Shown: one piece after another, positions 39,784-50,123 of the stretch
How the letters are laid out: each line of letters starts with the position of its first letter
Position numbering within the stretch: position 1 is the stretch's first letter
IMG/VR virus record: IMGVR_UViG_3300045988_119718
Coordinates: 1 to 64,000 of that record
DNA: 64,000 nt
Direction: 5' to 3' (one strand)
Source: a virus
The notes under the pieces: generated by a model
The model's input: the letters and a program-made list of their open reading frames with translations, nothing else
Told to the model about the DNA's origin: nothing
Databases searched by the model: none
Translations under genes and position numbers: made by a program

Positions 39784-41563
39784 ATTTCAATATGTCACTT
39801 CCTTTCGCTATTGGTAAACCAGTTAATGAATCCAGATGTTTTTTAATAATCTGATCATTGGTTTCCATAATACCACCGAGTGCTTCTGTAACATGATTTG
39901 CTACCAATTCAGTTTGGTTAGCAATATCTACATCCTCCGTGGTTACATTATTGTCATCTAATACATTATGTTTAAACTCTATTACCTCTCTAAGTCCTTT
40001 GATTTTTTTATATTCATCACACAGTTCTTTTAGTTCTTGCTCATAAGTAATAGGTTCTTTATTATCAGATAAATAACCATTAGTGTTTAACTTAAGAAAT
40101 GGAATAATAGAACCATTTACACCTGGGTCAGATGGTGAAGATGCATCTGGGTCAAGAATACCCATATTGGAAATATCCAACAGTCTAAACTGGTTTGGAA
40201 TAGATCTAGAACCATTAGAACCATTAGTATCACCTACGCCAGAAATACCTTTATATGTAAATTTAGTTGCTAAAAATGCATCCATATCATTTACGATATT
40301 TCTAAATCCTACTAATTGTGATTTAGTAATTTCTACAATTAACCAATCTGGTTTGATATTGATAGTTCTTTCAATTTCTTTCAGATTAATTTTCTTGCCT
40401 TTATTACTAAGTCTATGAATATTAGTAGTAAGTTTCTTTGCATAAATAGCTGCAATATATTCAGCACATCTTACTTTCTTAGTAGTGATATTCATTGTAT
40501 CTTTCATTTTAAGATTATTGAATTCACATAATAACCATTGAAGTAGAACAAACATATCTTTCTTATATTTCCATGGAAGATAAATCTGTTCTTGGATATT
40601 AATATCCAAGGTAGATTCAAAAGATTTAAGAATAGTAAGACCTTTTTGCAGTTTATTTTGAGTTACAAATCCTCCACCTAATCTTTCAATCCAAATATCT
40701 GTATTATACAGATCATTGAAATTCATAGATGAAGTAATCATATTTAATAAAGTAACTACAGCATGCTGCATAATAGGATTATTCATAAAATATCTATCTA
40801 CATTAATAAAGATTTTATCATTCTTGCTACTGCAAAATGAACAAATATCTTCATTAGACTGATTGTCTGGAGATATAAATAGATAATTAGCCAATCCCAA
40901 GTTCTGTAATGCTTTAACTACACCATACTTAGCAAATAGATATACTATAGCTGGTACAGATTTATTAAATGCAAAACAAGAAAAACTAGTGAATGAATAC
41001 TTATTCCCATCAGTATCACCAACAGGAACTTCAAATCTAGTAATTCTAATTGGCTGGAAATTAGTTTTAAGAGTAATAGTAGCTTTCTTACTATTCTTTT
41101 TAGAAGAAGAATTATTATAAGTAGACGCATCCACAATCTGATACATTGGAGAATAATAATTTCCTTTTAAGAAGAAATAGAACTTATTTACTACTCTTGG
41201 TACTTCGATGATTACATCTAAGTTTTCTCTTTCATTCTTATATGAAGTTTCATAATGAACGATTAAAAGTTTAATCTTAGATTCTTGCAGATCAATATAA
41301 TTAAACCTGTTATCATCAGCAGCTTTCTTACTACCTTTAAGTACTCTTTCATAATGCTTTCTTAAGATAATCTGAATATCATCATAATTATCTGCTACAG
41401 TAAACCCTTTAACTCTTATCGTAAATAAACCATGAGTTTGAATAGAAATAATAATTTTTTCTAATTGATCAATAATTGCTTCATCGGATCTTAGAAATAA
41501 TTGGTCATTAAAATCATCTACATGATTTTGTACATAGTCATGTATAAATCTTTTAATACTCAT
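39773..41563 (-). CDS. multisubunit RNA polymerase beta-subunit-like protein, N-terminal and middle portion (highly diverged)
   Basis: ISGVGDTNGSNGSRSIPNQFRLLDISNMGILDPDASSPSDPGVNGSIIPFLKLNTNGYL aligns to E. coli RpoB [76 protein letters not shown]. Confidence 0.5.
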   Translation of the reverse strand: MSIKRFIHDYVQNHVDDFNDQLFLRSDEAIIDQLEKIIISIQTHGLFTIRVKGFTVADNYDDIQIILRKHYERVLKGSKKAADDNRFNYIDLQESKIKLLIVHYETSYKNERENLDVIIEVPRVVNKFYFFLKGNYYSPMYQIVDASTYNNSSSKKNSKKATITLKTNFQPIRITRFEVPVGDTDGNKYSFTSFSCFAFNKSVPAIVYLFAKYGVVKALQNLGLANYLFISPDNQSNEDICSFCSSKNDKIFINVDRYFMNNPIMQHAVVTLLNMITSSMNFNDLYNTDIWIERLGGGFVTQNKLQKGLTILKSFESTLDINIQEQIYLPWKYKKDMFVLLQWLLCEFNNLKMKDTMNITTKKVRCAEYIAAIYAKKLTTNIHRLSNKGKKINLKEIERTINIKPDWLIVEITKSQLVGFRNIVNDMDAFLATKFTYKGISGVGDTNGSNGSRSIPNQFRLLDISNMGILDPDASSPSDPGVNGSIIPFLKLNTNGYLSDNKEPITYEQELKELCDEYKKIKGLREVIEFKHNVLDDNNVTTEDVDIANQTELVANHVTEALGGIMETNDQIIKKHLDSLTGLPIAKGSDILKYDE

Positions 41564-41564
41564 A

Positions 41565-42209
41565 TTATTCCTCCTCAGTGAGTTTAATACTATATTCTTT
41601 ACCTATTGGATTAACTGCATCTTTCTTATCTCTAATAATAAATTCTCCATCAATATCAAAGCTATTAAGAATCCTTTTTGCTTTAAAGAAACTAATGCTA
41701 TGATTACTAGAAGACTTCAATGCTCTCATATCATTATTGAAGTCAGAAAATGATGGGAACTTATTCTTATAAGAATCTGGATCAATATGTTTATCATTAA
41801 TAGCTTGCTTAATAATTCTAAGCTCAGGGGTATCTTCTTCATAGATATCCAGATGAAGGCAATCATTAACGATAGTTAATCCAGCATTCTTCTCTTCTTT
41901 GATCTTATATACATTATTCAAAACATCTTTAAACGAACTAGAAGAACTAAAATTTACAACTCGTTTAGTAGAGTATTTTTCTTTATCTTCTTCTGTAGTT
42001 GGTAGAACTCCTCTAACAAACAAATCCCCAGGTATAGCACATGGGGTTGCTTTAATATGCTTTGAATATGGTAATACATAATCATCATTAAATTCAACTG
42101 CAATATCAGTATCTAAAGATTTGTTCTTATACATTCTATTGAATTCATCCATAGACACTACACTCATATTCTTGCCGTCAATTACAATCTTTTTAAAATC
42201 TAGATTCAT
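41565..42209 (-). CDS. hypothetical protein (214 aa)
   Basis: ORF track; stop overlaps the start of the following gene. Confidence 0.45.
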   Translation of the reverse strand: MNLDFKKIVIDGKNMSVVSMDEFNRMYKNKSLDTDIAVEFNDDYVLPYSKHIKATPCAIPGDLFVRGVLPTTEEDKEKYSTKRVVNFSSSSSFKDVLNNVYKIKEEKNAGLTIVNDCLHLDIYEEDTPELRIIKQAINDKHIDPDSYKNKFPSFSDFNNDMRALKSSSNHSISFFKAKRILNSFDIDGEFIIRDKKDAVNPIGKEYSIKLTEEE

Positions 42210-42294
42210 AATAATACACCCTTTGCATATTTAGATAAAAAATTAAAAGGGATACGATGACGTATCCCTTTTAAAATTTAAATTATTTTAAAAC

Positions 42295-42960
42295 TTATGC
42301 TACAAATGCAACTGGTTTTTCGTCTACTTTTTTATCTTTATCTTCAATTCCAGAGTCTTCTTTGATAATCTGTTTAAGCAGTTCAGATGGAGTAAATTTA
42401 AGAGTTACTTTACCATCATCGGATACTGATGCAGTGAGAATGAAATAATCTTTAAATTCGATATCATGATCATCACTGCTACTTACCAAAGCATCTCTGC
42501 CAAATTCTTTTAGAGTAATTACCATACCTCTAATAACAGAAAACATATTATAAGCTCCGCCAGACTGTACGTTAAAATTATAGGCATGATGCTTATTAGT
42601 ATTCATTGCATTATCAATATATTCAAAAGATTCTTCATCCACAATATCGGTAATTTTAGAATCTTTCGGAATATCATTAGGGTCAAAGCTGAACTGCAAT
42701 GCATATGCATTACCATCTTTACCTTCACTCTTCAACAAAGATGCTGAAAAGATAATAGCAGAATCTTTGTCTTTAAAATCATTTCTAAGTACAAGAGTAT
42801 GATTTTCTTTATCCCCATCCTTAAGGCTCTTAAGGTACTGAGTAATAGATTCAAACAGACTTGTTGTTACAGGGATACTATCAAAAGAATCCCATTCACA
42901 AGCCATATCACGCATTACTTTTACCATACGGGTTTCAAATCCAGAATTTTCAGCGAACAT
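42295..42960 (-). CDS. hypothetical acidic protein (222 aa from the Met with an SD)
   Basis: GGAGGAAGTAATT-ATG at 42960. Confidence 0.45.
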   Translation of the reverse strand: MFAENSGFETRMVKVMRDMACEWDSFDSIPVTTSLFESITQYLKSLKDGDKENHTLVLRNDFKDKDSAIIFSASLLKSEGKDGNAYALQFSFDPNDIPKDSKITDIVDEESFEYIDNAMNTNKHHAYNFNVQSGGAYNMFSVIRGMVITLKEFGRDALVSSSDDHDIEFKDYFILTASVSDDGKVTLKFTPSELLKQIIKEDSGIEDKDKKVDEKPVAFVA

Positions 42961-43079
42961 AATTACTTCCTCCTTAAAATAACTTATAAAAATGATATAA
43001 ATATAACCACGATAATAACCTTTTGTTATCATCATGATTATAATATATCATTATAATAACGTTTAAGATGTTTTAAATT

Positions 43080-45464
43080 TTAATTATTACTTAATAGCAT
43101 TGATTCGGCATCCGATATAGGGATAATACGAATATTATGCTGCATAGCCTTAGTAACTTTAGAAGATGTAAATCCAAGATATGGTACAATCAAAATATTA
43201 GTTTTATTAGTAACACCTTTTTTAGAATCACAATCATAACCTGCATTTTTAAGTTGCTCTTCTAATCTAGCATCTCTAACACCGCTAAATCTAATTTGAA
43301 TACCATTGTCTTGTTTTACTCCATAAGACCTGATTATATTTGGCATTTGCTCAATAGTATTCAAATCTACTAAAAGGTCTTTTCTTTCATCTACTATAGT
43401 ACGTGCAATCACATTACCAATACCTTTGATACATCTAATCATATTATACAGATTGCTATCAGTATCTCCTACAGGTGTTCCATGTACTATAGTTTTTAAA
43501 GGAATTTGAGTTAAAATAAGTTTCCATCTACTAGCACTAATAGAGGTAAATCCAATGGCACCAATAATCTGGTAATCATACCAATTCTTAGTTTTAATCT
43601 CATTCATTCTTTCTAATAATTTATCTGTCATTACATCACTACCAATTCTATCTAAAATATCTTTTCTAGATAAATTTAGCAGTTCAGTAAGATTGGTAAC
43701 ACCTAATTTCCTAATATAAGATTCACCAAAGTCTTTAATATTCAATTTCTTAAGCATATTAACAACTTTGTTTAAAACCCTTTCACTACAATTAGGATTA
43801 GAACACCATGCAGTATCTCCTGTATTAGAAAATACTACTGGACTTCCACAATATGGACAATATGAAGGGAATTCGATAGAAGGAACAGTTCGCTCTCTAA
43901 TTGCATTATAAGAATTCTCTGGCTTAGTTAGATAGCAAATTACATCATTCATATATGTGATATTTACAATATCACCTTTTCTTAGATCTAACTGATTAAA
44001 TCTTTTGAAACTATGAATAGTGGTTTTATCATGAATAGTACCAAAGAACTCTACTGGTGTGAAATGAGCCATAGGAGTAATTCTTCCATCTTGCCCTACC
44101 GTATAAGTATATCCTAAGAAATATGCATTTTTAGAACTAGCATTAAACTTAATAGCCATAGACCATAAGTCAATACTATTCTTTCTACCAAATATAGTCT
44201 TAAGAGCAGGATGCGTATAAGAGATTACTACACCATCATATGCAAAATTCATATAAGGTCTAGCATATTCTGCTTCATTAGTAAATCTTTGTACTTGTGA
44301 TAATATTTGATAGAAGTCACCATGCAGCATTGCATATCTCATAGTAACACCCGAAGAATAATAAGCATTCATAAAGTTAATTTCATCTGATACTTTATTG
44401 AATCGCAGACCACTGGTTTTAATAGGAACTAAAGTGATAAAATCTCTAAACATCTTAGCATTCTTAGAAGAGATAATACCAGATACTGCTACTCTAGGAT
44501 TCTTATAAGTAATCCCATATTTATCAGCTAAAATAGCTAAATCAGAATATGTAATAATAGCTTCAAATTTCATCCCAAATCTAGTGGTTTCTCTACCACC
44601 AAAGAATTTTTTATAATCTTTAGCTCTATAGAATTTCTTACCACCAAAGATTTCTGTTAAATCTGTTGCAATATTATTAGCAGTATCTCCTCTACTATTA
44701 GCAGAAATAATAGTATCATTCTCAATCTCTGCTTCTACCGACATACCATCATATTTTAATTCTGCAATCATTTCTACAGGGATATGGTCGTTAAAAGCAC
44801 ATTGCTCAGCAGTTTTAAATGTAGGTGCTAAAAAGTCTCTATCAAATACCATAACAGAGAAATCATCATCTTGTACTCCTACTGCCATAGCGTCTCTAAG
44901 AGAAACAAATTTACACTTATGAAGAGTGCCTACTAATTCTGGAAATTTAGCAGGGATATTTCTAGTAATCTTAGATACTTCAGTTGTATCAGAAGTATCT
45001 CTGTAATAATCCATTCTACTAAATGGAAGGTTATTATTCATGATATTACTAATATACTGCTTATTAGTTTTATCAATTTTAGCAATAACCACTCTATTGT
45101 TCCCAGTTACACTAACTGGATTAAAACTATTGCCACTAGCAATAGTAATCGGTTTAGTAGGAGGAGCACCTACTGGTGCTTCTCCATTAAACAAATTATT
45201 GTACTTAGCTACTACCAAATCATATACACCATCTTCTAATGGAAGTATTTCTTTAGCAGTATTATTATATAAAATATTTGAAATTACTAATGTAGTATAG
45301 ATATCTTGCTTTAATGTACCCGATACTTCATTAGCATTGATGAACTCTATAGCAAGATTATTCATATCTACTATATCATTACCATTGATAATATTACTAC
45401 CTTCAATAAGACTATCTTTGATAAGATACAATCTTTTAGATAAATCATTGTTTATAGTTTTCAT
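43080..45464 (-). CDS. ligA: NAD+-dependent DNA ligase (LigA family)
   Basis: KxDG adenylation motif ELKYDGMSV; Zn-finger CPYCGSPVVFSNTGDTAWCSNPNCSERV; HhH region and a C-terminal BRCT-like segment; 794 aa. Confidence 0.8.
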   Translation of the reverse strand: MKTINNDLSKRLYLIKDSLIEGSNIINGNDIVDMNNLAIEFINANEVSGTLKQDIYTTLVISNILYNNTAKEILPLEDGVYDLVVAKYNNLFNGEAPVGAPPTKPITIASGNSFNPVSVTGNNRVVIAKIDKTNKQYISNIMNNNLPFSRMDYYRDTSDTTEVSKITRNIPAKFPELVGTLHKCKFVSLRDAMAVGVQDDDFSVMVFDRDFLAPTFKTAEQCAFNDHIPVEMIAELKYDGMSVEAEIENDTIISANSRGDTANNIATDLTEIFGGKKFYRAKDYKKFFGGRETTRFGMKFEAIITYSDLAILADKYGITYKNPRVAVSGIISSKNAKMFRDFITLVPIKTSGLRFNKVSDEINFMNAYYSSGVTMRYAMLHGDFYQILSQVQRFTNEAEYARPYMNFAYDGVVISYTHPALKTIFGRKNSIDLWSMAIKFNASSKNAYFLGYTYTVGQDGRITPMAHFTPVEFFGTIHDKTTIHSFKRFNQLDLRKGDIVNITYMNDVICYLTKPENSYNAIRERTVPSIEFPSYCPYCGSPVVFSNTGDTAWCSNPNCSERVLNKVVNMLKKLNIKDFGESYIRKLGVTNLTELLNLSRKDILDRIGSDVMTDKLLERMNEIKTKNWYDYQIIGAIGFTSISASRWKLILTQIPLKTIVHGTPVGDTDSNLYNMIRCIKGIGNVIARTIVDERKDLLVDLNTIEQMPNIIRSYGVKQDNGIQIRFSGVRDARLEEQLKNAGYDCDSKKGVTNKTNILIVPYLGFTSSKVTKAMQHNIRIIPISDAESMLLSNN

Positions 45465-47870
45465 TTACTTTTTCTCCGTTACACTTTTAATTACTTTTCT
45501 AAGTATTGGAATACGTCTCTTTTCAAACGTCTTTACTAACTTTACGTTTTCAATGAGTTGTTCATCTGTATTTGAAATCTTAAGAAGAGAATTAATAGCA
45601 TTATTAATTTTTTCTTCTTTGGATACTTCAGAATTTCCTAATACTTTAATATCAGTACTATTATCATACATATCCACCAGCATAGCTCTAGCTTTATTAT
45701 AGCCTTCACCAGTAACTTTAACAGGTAATTTAGTAATGACCTGTCTGTATGAATCTGGTTTAACTCTAGAGATAGCTCTTCTTAAAATTGGGACTCTAAG
45801 TTTCTTAGGAACTTTCTTGAATTCCAATTTAAGACCTAAGCACTTTAAATATGCATTAGCTATTTCTACATTTCTAGATTTAGCATTTTCATCCAATACA
45901 ATATTTCTATCGAATGGATCACCAATCAATAACTGCTTCATCATTCGTCTAGCTGTTGGAGCAGTAGACAACATCATGAGAGCTTCTACAGTGAACTGGC
46001 ATTCTGGTAACTGCATTAACTCAGATGCTTCCATACCACCAATTCTAACTGGAGTTTTAGCTATTGGAGAAATATGCATTTTATTAGCTTTAGTCTTAGT
46101 ATTCTCACCTCTAATATTGGTAGATGCCAATGATACAGCAGAGAACTTTTCTTCAGCTAATTGTTTTAGACGGTAGATATATTTCTTACCAACTACTAAT
46201 GGTCTATTAGTTCTAATCTTTCTAATATTACCGTTAGAATCTTTCTGATTGACGTACAGATACTCTTCTTTAATCCATGGGAATGTATTATAGATATTCT
46301 TAAGAATCTCTAATGTCATCTCATTTTTCATTGGAGTAATTACTACAGGAATATTTCCACTTTCTATGAGATAATCCATATCTTCAACTCTTACTTCAAT
46401 AGGAGTAGACATAATGATTCTATGAAAATCTGTAGCATAATCCATATTAATCAAAGAGAGATATTTAAGTACAGTTTGCTCAGCGACATCGACAACAGTC
46501 GATCTATTAAGATAAGACATGCCCTCCATCAAATCATCATGCTTAGCAGGATACCAATACGTACCAATAGCTTCAAGAAGTTTAGAGCCAATCCAAGTCA
46601 GTTCAGTTTCAAATGACTGACCTGGATTAAGTCTGTTGATAATGGTAGAAGAGTTATAAATTGCATCTACTGGATACCAATTACCATTTCTATAAAATAA
46701 TGGCATTTGATCATCTGGTAAGATAGCGGAAATAACACCTTTACCACCATATCTATCTGTAATCTTATCACCTTTACGCAGTACTTTATTCTCTCTAGTG
46801 ATAATTCTCAGAATGATATTATTGAATACTTTGTCTTTGATATATGGAATACCATTAGCTGTATCTCTGCACTTACGATATACAGATTGCATATCATAAG
46901 TCATTTTAACCCCAGGATGACTATCTAAGAATTTATCAACTGCTTTATAGAGCTTAATACAGAAATCAATATTCTTATCATAATACTCTTTAAGCTGCTG
47001 ATAATACATATCTTCTAGTTTATCTGGGTTATTGCAATATACATCAATATCAACAATTTCCCCATCGGAAATATATGTAGTATCAGAAATCATTAGCTGT
47101 TTAAGTCTTTCTTTAGACTGACTATAAAGAGCTTCATCATCTTTTCTTTCTCTTCTAATAGCACATACAATAGAATCTTTAATCTTCTCTCCGATATTTG
47201 GGAAAGCTTTGTAATAGGTATCATCTCCATACATATTCAATGGGATATCGTTTTCATTAATTACGATTTCAATCTCGTTAAACAATGGGGATTTAAACCT
47301 ATTAGCTGCACTCTGACTAATTACAATAGGGTCTTCTGTAGTCAACCCTAATGCCATATAAACAGTAGTAAGATTAATACCATCAGTCTTATTATCTTCT
47401 TCATCAAATGAATCAGATTTAACCAATGTAGTTCCTTTAGGAATTGTATCTCCTTTATTGAAACTATCTAATCCATCATTGTTTATATTAATACCATAAA
47501 TCTCTGTACGATATTCATAAGTAACTCTTTCTACACAATGAAGCATCTTATGTTCAATATCGTACAATAATGCATAATACTTATTCGCATACTTATAAAT
47601 CTTATCAATCAGTTTATACTGAGCATCTGTTTTAACGTAGTTAGAAGACAAATATGCAAATTTATTTTCATAACCAGTCATAATAATCGGTGTTTCAGCT
47701 TTACATAATTGAATGGATTGTTCTTTCTGAATTCCTTGCATAATCTTTCTGGAACCAGAATTAGTATCATTAAACGGTTGTAATAAGCCTTTACCTAGCG
47801 TATACTCACGCGATGGTAAATTCTTTTCAATTTCATTAGCAGTACTATTTAAATCCAAATTATTTGCCAT
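45465..47870 (-). CDS. multisubunit RNA polymerase beta-subunit-like protein, C-terminal catalytic portion
   Basis: GDKITDRYGGKGVISAILPDDQMPLFYRNGNWYPVDAIYNSSTIINRLNPGQSFETEL matches RpoB [55 protein letters not shown]; downstream GGMEASELMQL resembles FGEMEVWAL. Confidence 0.8.
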   Translation of the reverse strand: MANNLDLNSTANEIEKNLPSREYTLGKGLLQPFNDTNSGSRKIMQGIQKEQSIQLCKAETPIIMTGYENKFAYLSSNYVKTDAQYKLIDKIYKYANKYYALLYDIEHKMLHCVERVTYEYRTEIYGININNDGLDSFNKGDTIPKGTTLVKSDSFDEEDNKTDGINLTTVYMALGLTTEDPIVISQSAANRFKSPLFNEIEIVINENDIPLNMYGDDTYYKAFPNIGEKIKDSIVCAIRRERKDDEALYSQSKERLKQLMISDTTYISDGEIVDIDVYCNNPDKLEDMYYQQLKEYYDKNIDFCIKLYKAVDKFLDSHPGVKMTYDMQSVYRKCRDTANGIPYIKDKVFNNIILRIITRENKVLRKGDKITDRYGGKGVISAILPDDQMPLFYRNGNWYPVDAIYNSSTIINRLNPGQSFETELTWIGSKLLEAIGTYWYPAKHDDLMEGMSYLNRSTVVDVAEQTVLKYLSLINMDYATDFHRIIMSTPIEVRVEDMDYLIESGNIPVVITPMKNEMTLEILKNIYNTFPWIKEEYLYVNQKDSNGNIRKIRTNRPLVVGKKYIYRLKQLAEEKFSAVSLASTNIRGENTKTKANKMHISPIAKTPVRIGGMEASELMQLPECQFTVEALMMLSTAPTARRMMKQLLIGDPFDRNIVLDENAKSRNVEIANAYLKCLGLKLEFKKVPKKLRVPILRRAISRVKPDSYRQVITKLPVKVTGEGYNKARAMLVDMYDNSTDIKVLGNSEVSKEEKINNAINSLLKISNTDEQLIENVKLVKTFEKRRIPILRKVIKSVTEKK

Positions 47871-47934
47871 GTTTCTTCTCCTTTTCTAATAATAAAATCT
47901 ATTAAAGTAACTTCAATACTATAATATATATTTA

Positions 47935-49167
47935 TTATACGTTTAAGAGATTCATTACTTTTTCATTGATTTTATTATTAGCGATTGTAGTTGGATTTAC
48001 ATTTGCTTCTGGAATCTTTTTAAGCTCTTCAATATATGCTGCGGTAAAAGTATTAAAGAACTCTTCATTATTCTGCATTTTTTCTTTAAAGTTACCCATA
48101 GAGAATTTCATATCTTTATGGTCATCTAAGTACAAACCAATACCTGCACCATGGATTCTATCAGTATTCTGCATAAAGATAAGAGATGACAGGATAGGGT
48201 CAAACCCAGTATCATGGTTGAAAAGTAATGTAGTTTTCTGATTGGATCTAGCAGATCTACTCTTTACCAAAGTAGCTTCTACTAATGAACCCCATACCTT
48301 ATACTTCTCATCACCTTTAAGTTTAGTTACATCATCAAGTCTAATAATAGTATTAGCAAGATAGATAATAGTTTTACCCTTAGGTAAAGTTTCACCTACT
48401 TTAAGATATGCAAGAGATGGTTTCTTTGGTCTGCCAGTAATAGATACATCATCCAAAATATGATTAACTGCAATAAGAATAATATTAGCAGCTTTAAGCA
48501 TCTGGATAATACCTCTAAATACCTGAGTGACTACTTTAGCTCCTGCTGTAGTAGACATTGTACCACCAAGTTCATCCTGCTCTAATACATTCTTAGGCAT
48601 AAGAAGTGCAACGGAGTCAAGAATATATACGGTAGGTTCAAACATCATAATCGGATTGCCAAAGCTATCCAGCTTTCCAGTATCATAGATAAAATCATCT
48701 CTATTAGCAAGCTTCATATCATGAATCATTTTAATACGTTCATAGAAGTTTTCAGCTGTAATGCCTTTATCTCTAATGATGTATCTCTGCTTAAGTTCAT
48801 CACCATAATAGCCAGTAAGCATTTCTCTTCTTTGCCATGTAGCAGATAATGATTCGGTAGAATCTTCAAAGATACAAGATGATTTAAATGGTCTAATAAT
48901 ATTAGCAGCAATCTGTTCACAGAAAGTAGATTTACCACAACCAGATCTACCAATCACCATTACAAATGAACCGTTAGCAATACCAAGAGAATAGTATTCT
49001 TCATGAAGATTTTTAGCTTCATTATTGACAGTTTGAATATATCCATTCATAAAGTCAAAATTAGCAAACCCTGTAGGATAACCTACATCGGTAGTAGCTT
49101 CTACACTCATAGACATATCTTTACTTTTGGATACTTCCTGTCTAAACATATCGGACAATAAAGTCAT
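47935..49167 (-). CDS. RecA/UvsX/RadA-family recombinase
   Basis: Walker A GRSGCGKST; Walker B VYILDSVALLMPK (compare RecA VIVVDSVAALTPK); ..TQVFRGIIQMLKAANIILIAVNHI.. resembles RecA ..LIFINQIR. Confidence 0.75.
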   Translation of the reverse strand: MTLLSDMFRQEVSKSKDMSMSVEATTDVGYPTGFANFDFMNGYIQTVNNEAKNLHEEYYSLGIANGSFVMVIGRSGCGKSTFCEQIAANIIRPFKSSCIFEDSTESLSATWQRREMLTGYYGDELKQRYIIRDKGITAENFYERIKMIHDMKLANRDDFIYDTGKLDSFGNPIMMFEPTVYILDSVALLMPKNVLEQDELGGTMSTTAGAKVVTQVFRGIIQMLKAANIILIAVNHILDDVSITGRPKKPSLAYLKVGETLPKGKTIIYLANTIIRLDDVTKLKGDEKYKVWGSLVEATLVKSRSARSNQKTTLLFNHDTGFDPILSSLIFMQNTDRIHGAGIGLYLDDHKDMKFSMGNFKEKMQNNEEFFNTFTAAYIEELKKIPEANVNPTTIANNKINEKVMNLLNV

Positions 49168-49247
49168 TTTATTTACCCCCTGTAAAAAATAAAAATGTAT
49201 TCCCATTACTATTAAAGTTAATGCGTATATCTAAATTAAAAAAAAAT

Positions 49248-49275
49248 AAACTGAGTGTGCTACCACACTCAGTTT
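49248..49275 (-). terminator. terminator hairpin, a variant of the GTGTGGTA..TACCACAC family
   Basis: AAACTGAGTGTG-CTAC-CACACTCAGTTT preceded on plus by A9. Confidence 0.6.
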
Positions 49276-49287
49276 AAATTAAATCCA

Positions 49288-50112
49288 TTAAGGAATCATT
49301 GTACCTTCTGAAGCGAATGCATTTAATACATTATGGATATTCTGATACTTTGCATCACAATTTGTAAATCCAAATCTAATAAGATCTGAGTTATAAGACC
49401 GATTTACATATTCATTATAGAATGATTGTAAGCAAGATTTAGCAGACGCAAACTCTAATGAATTTAGAATAATCATTAAAGCGGTATCCATATTCTTATC
49501 ATTTTCTTTAAGTGTATCCGTAACCCATTTTTCTTCTTTTTCAATAGCATCTTTAATTGTAGTATCAAACATACTGTTTACAAACAATACAGAGAAGTTT
49601 TTACTAAAGAAGATAGCATAGATTCTAATAATATTCTCTACAGATACAGTTTTAGTATAAGTAGCAATAGTGAAATTAAACTTTCTAATTCTATCTTTAT
49701 CGTTTAAAGATGAATATAAAGTAATAGCTAAGAAGATACACATTTCACTATCAAATGCTTCTAAAGATTCTAATTGTTTTACCACTTGTTTGTTAGCAGA
49801 TTCCCCTAACATGAAGGCAAGCTTTCTAACATAATCAGTGGTTTTAGTATTTACAATGATATAGTACAAAATAGAATCCAAATAAGTTTTATAAACTGGA
49901 TCAATAGAAATAGTACCATTAAATACTTGATTCAAAATACTTAAAAGATAACTATTTGTAATTAGATTATGGTATTTAGATTTCTTACTATAAAGAGCAT
50001 AAAGAATGGCTTTGTAGTTAGTATTCACATAATCATACATTTCATAATCATCATGAGTAGCAATTTTAGCATATAAAGCACTCATAATAGATTCTTCAGA
50101 ATTCATTTCCAT
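49288..50112 (-). CDS. hypothetical protein (274 aa) immediately downstream of the tubulin-like gene
   Basis: ORF track. Confidence 0.45.
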   Translation of the reverse strand: MEMNSEESIMSALYAKIATHDDYEMYDYVNTNYKAILYALYSKKSKYHNLITNSYLLSILNQVFNGTISIDPVYKTYLDSILYYIIVNTKTTDYVRKLAFMLGESANKQVVKQLESLEAFDSEMCIFLAITLYSSLNDKDRIRKFNFTIATYTKTVSVENIIRIYAIFFSKNFSVLFVNSMFDTTIKDAIEKEEKWVTDTLKENDKNMDTALMIILNSLEFASAKSCLQSFYNEYVNRSYNSDLIRFGFTNCDAKYQNIHNVLNAFASEGTMIP

Positions 50113-50123
50113 TGTATCACTCC

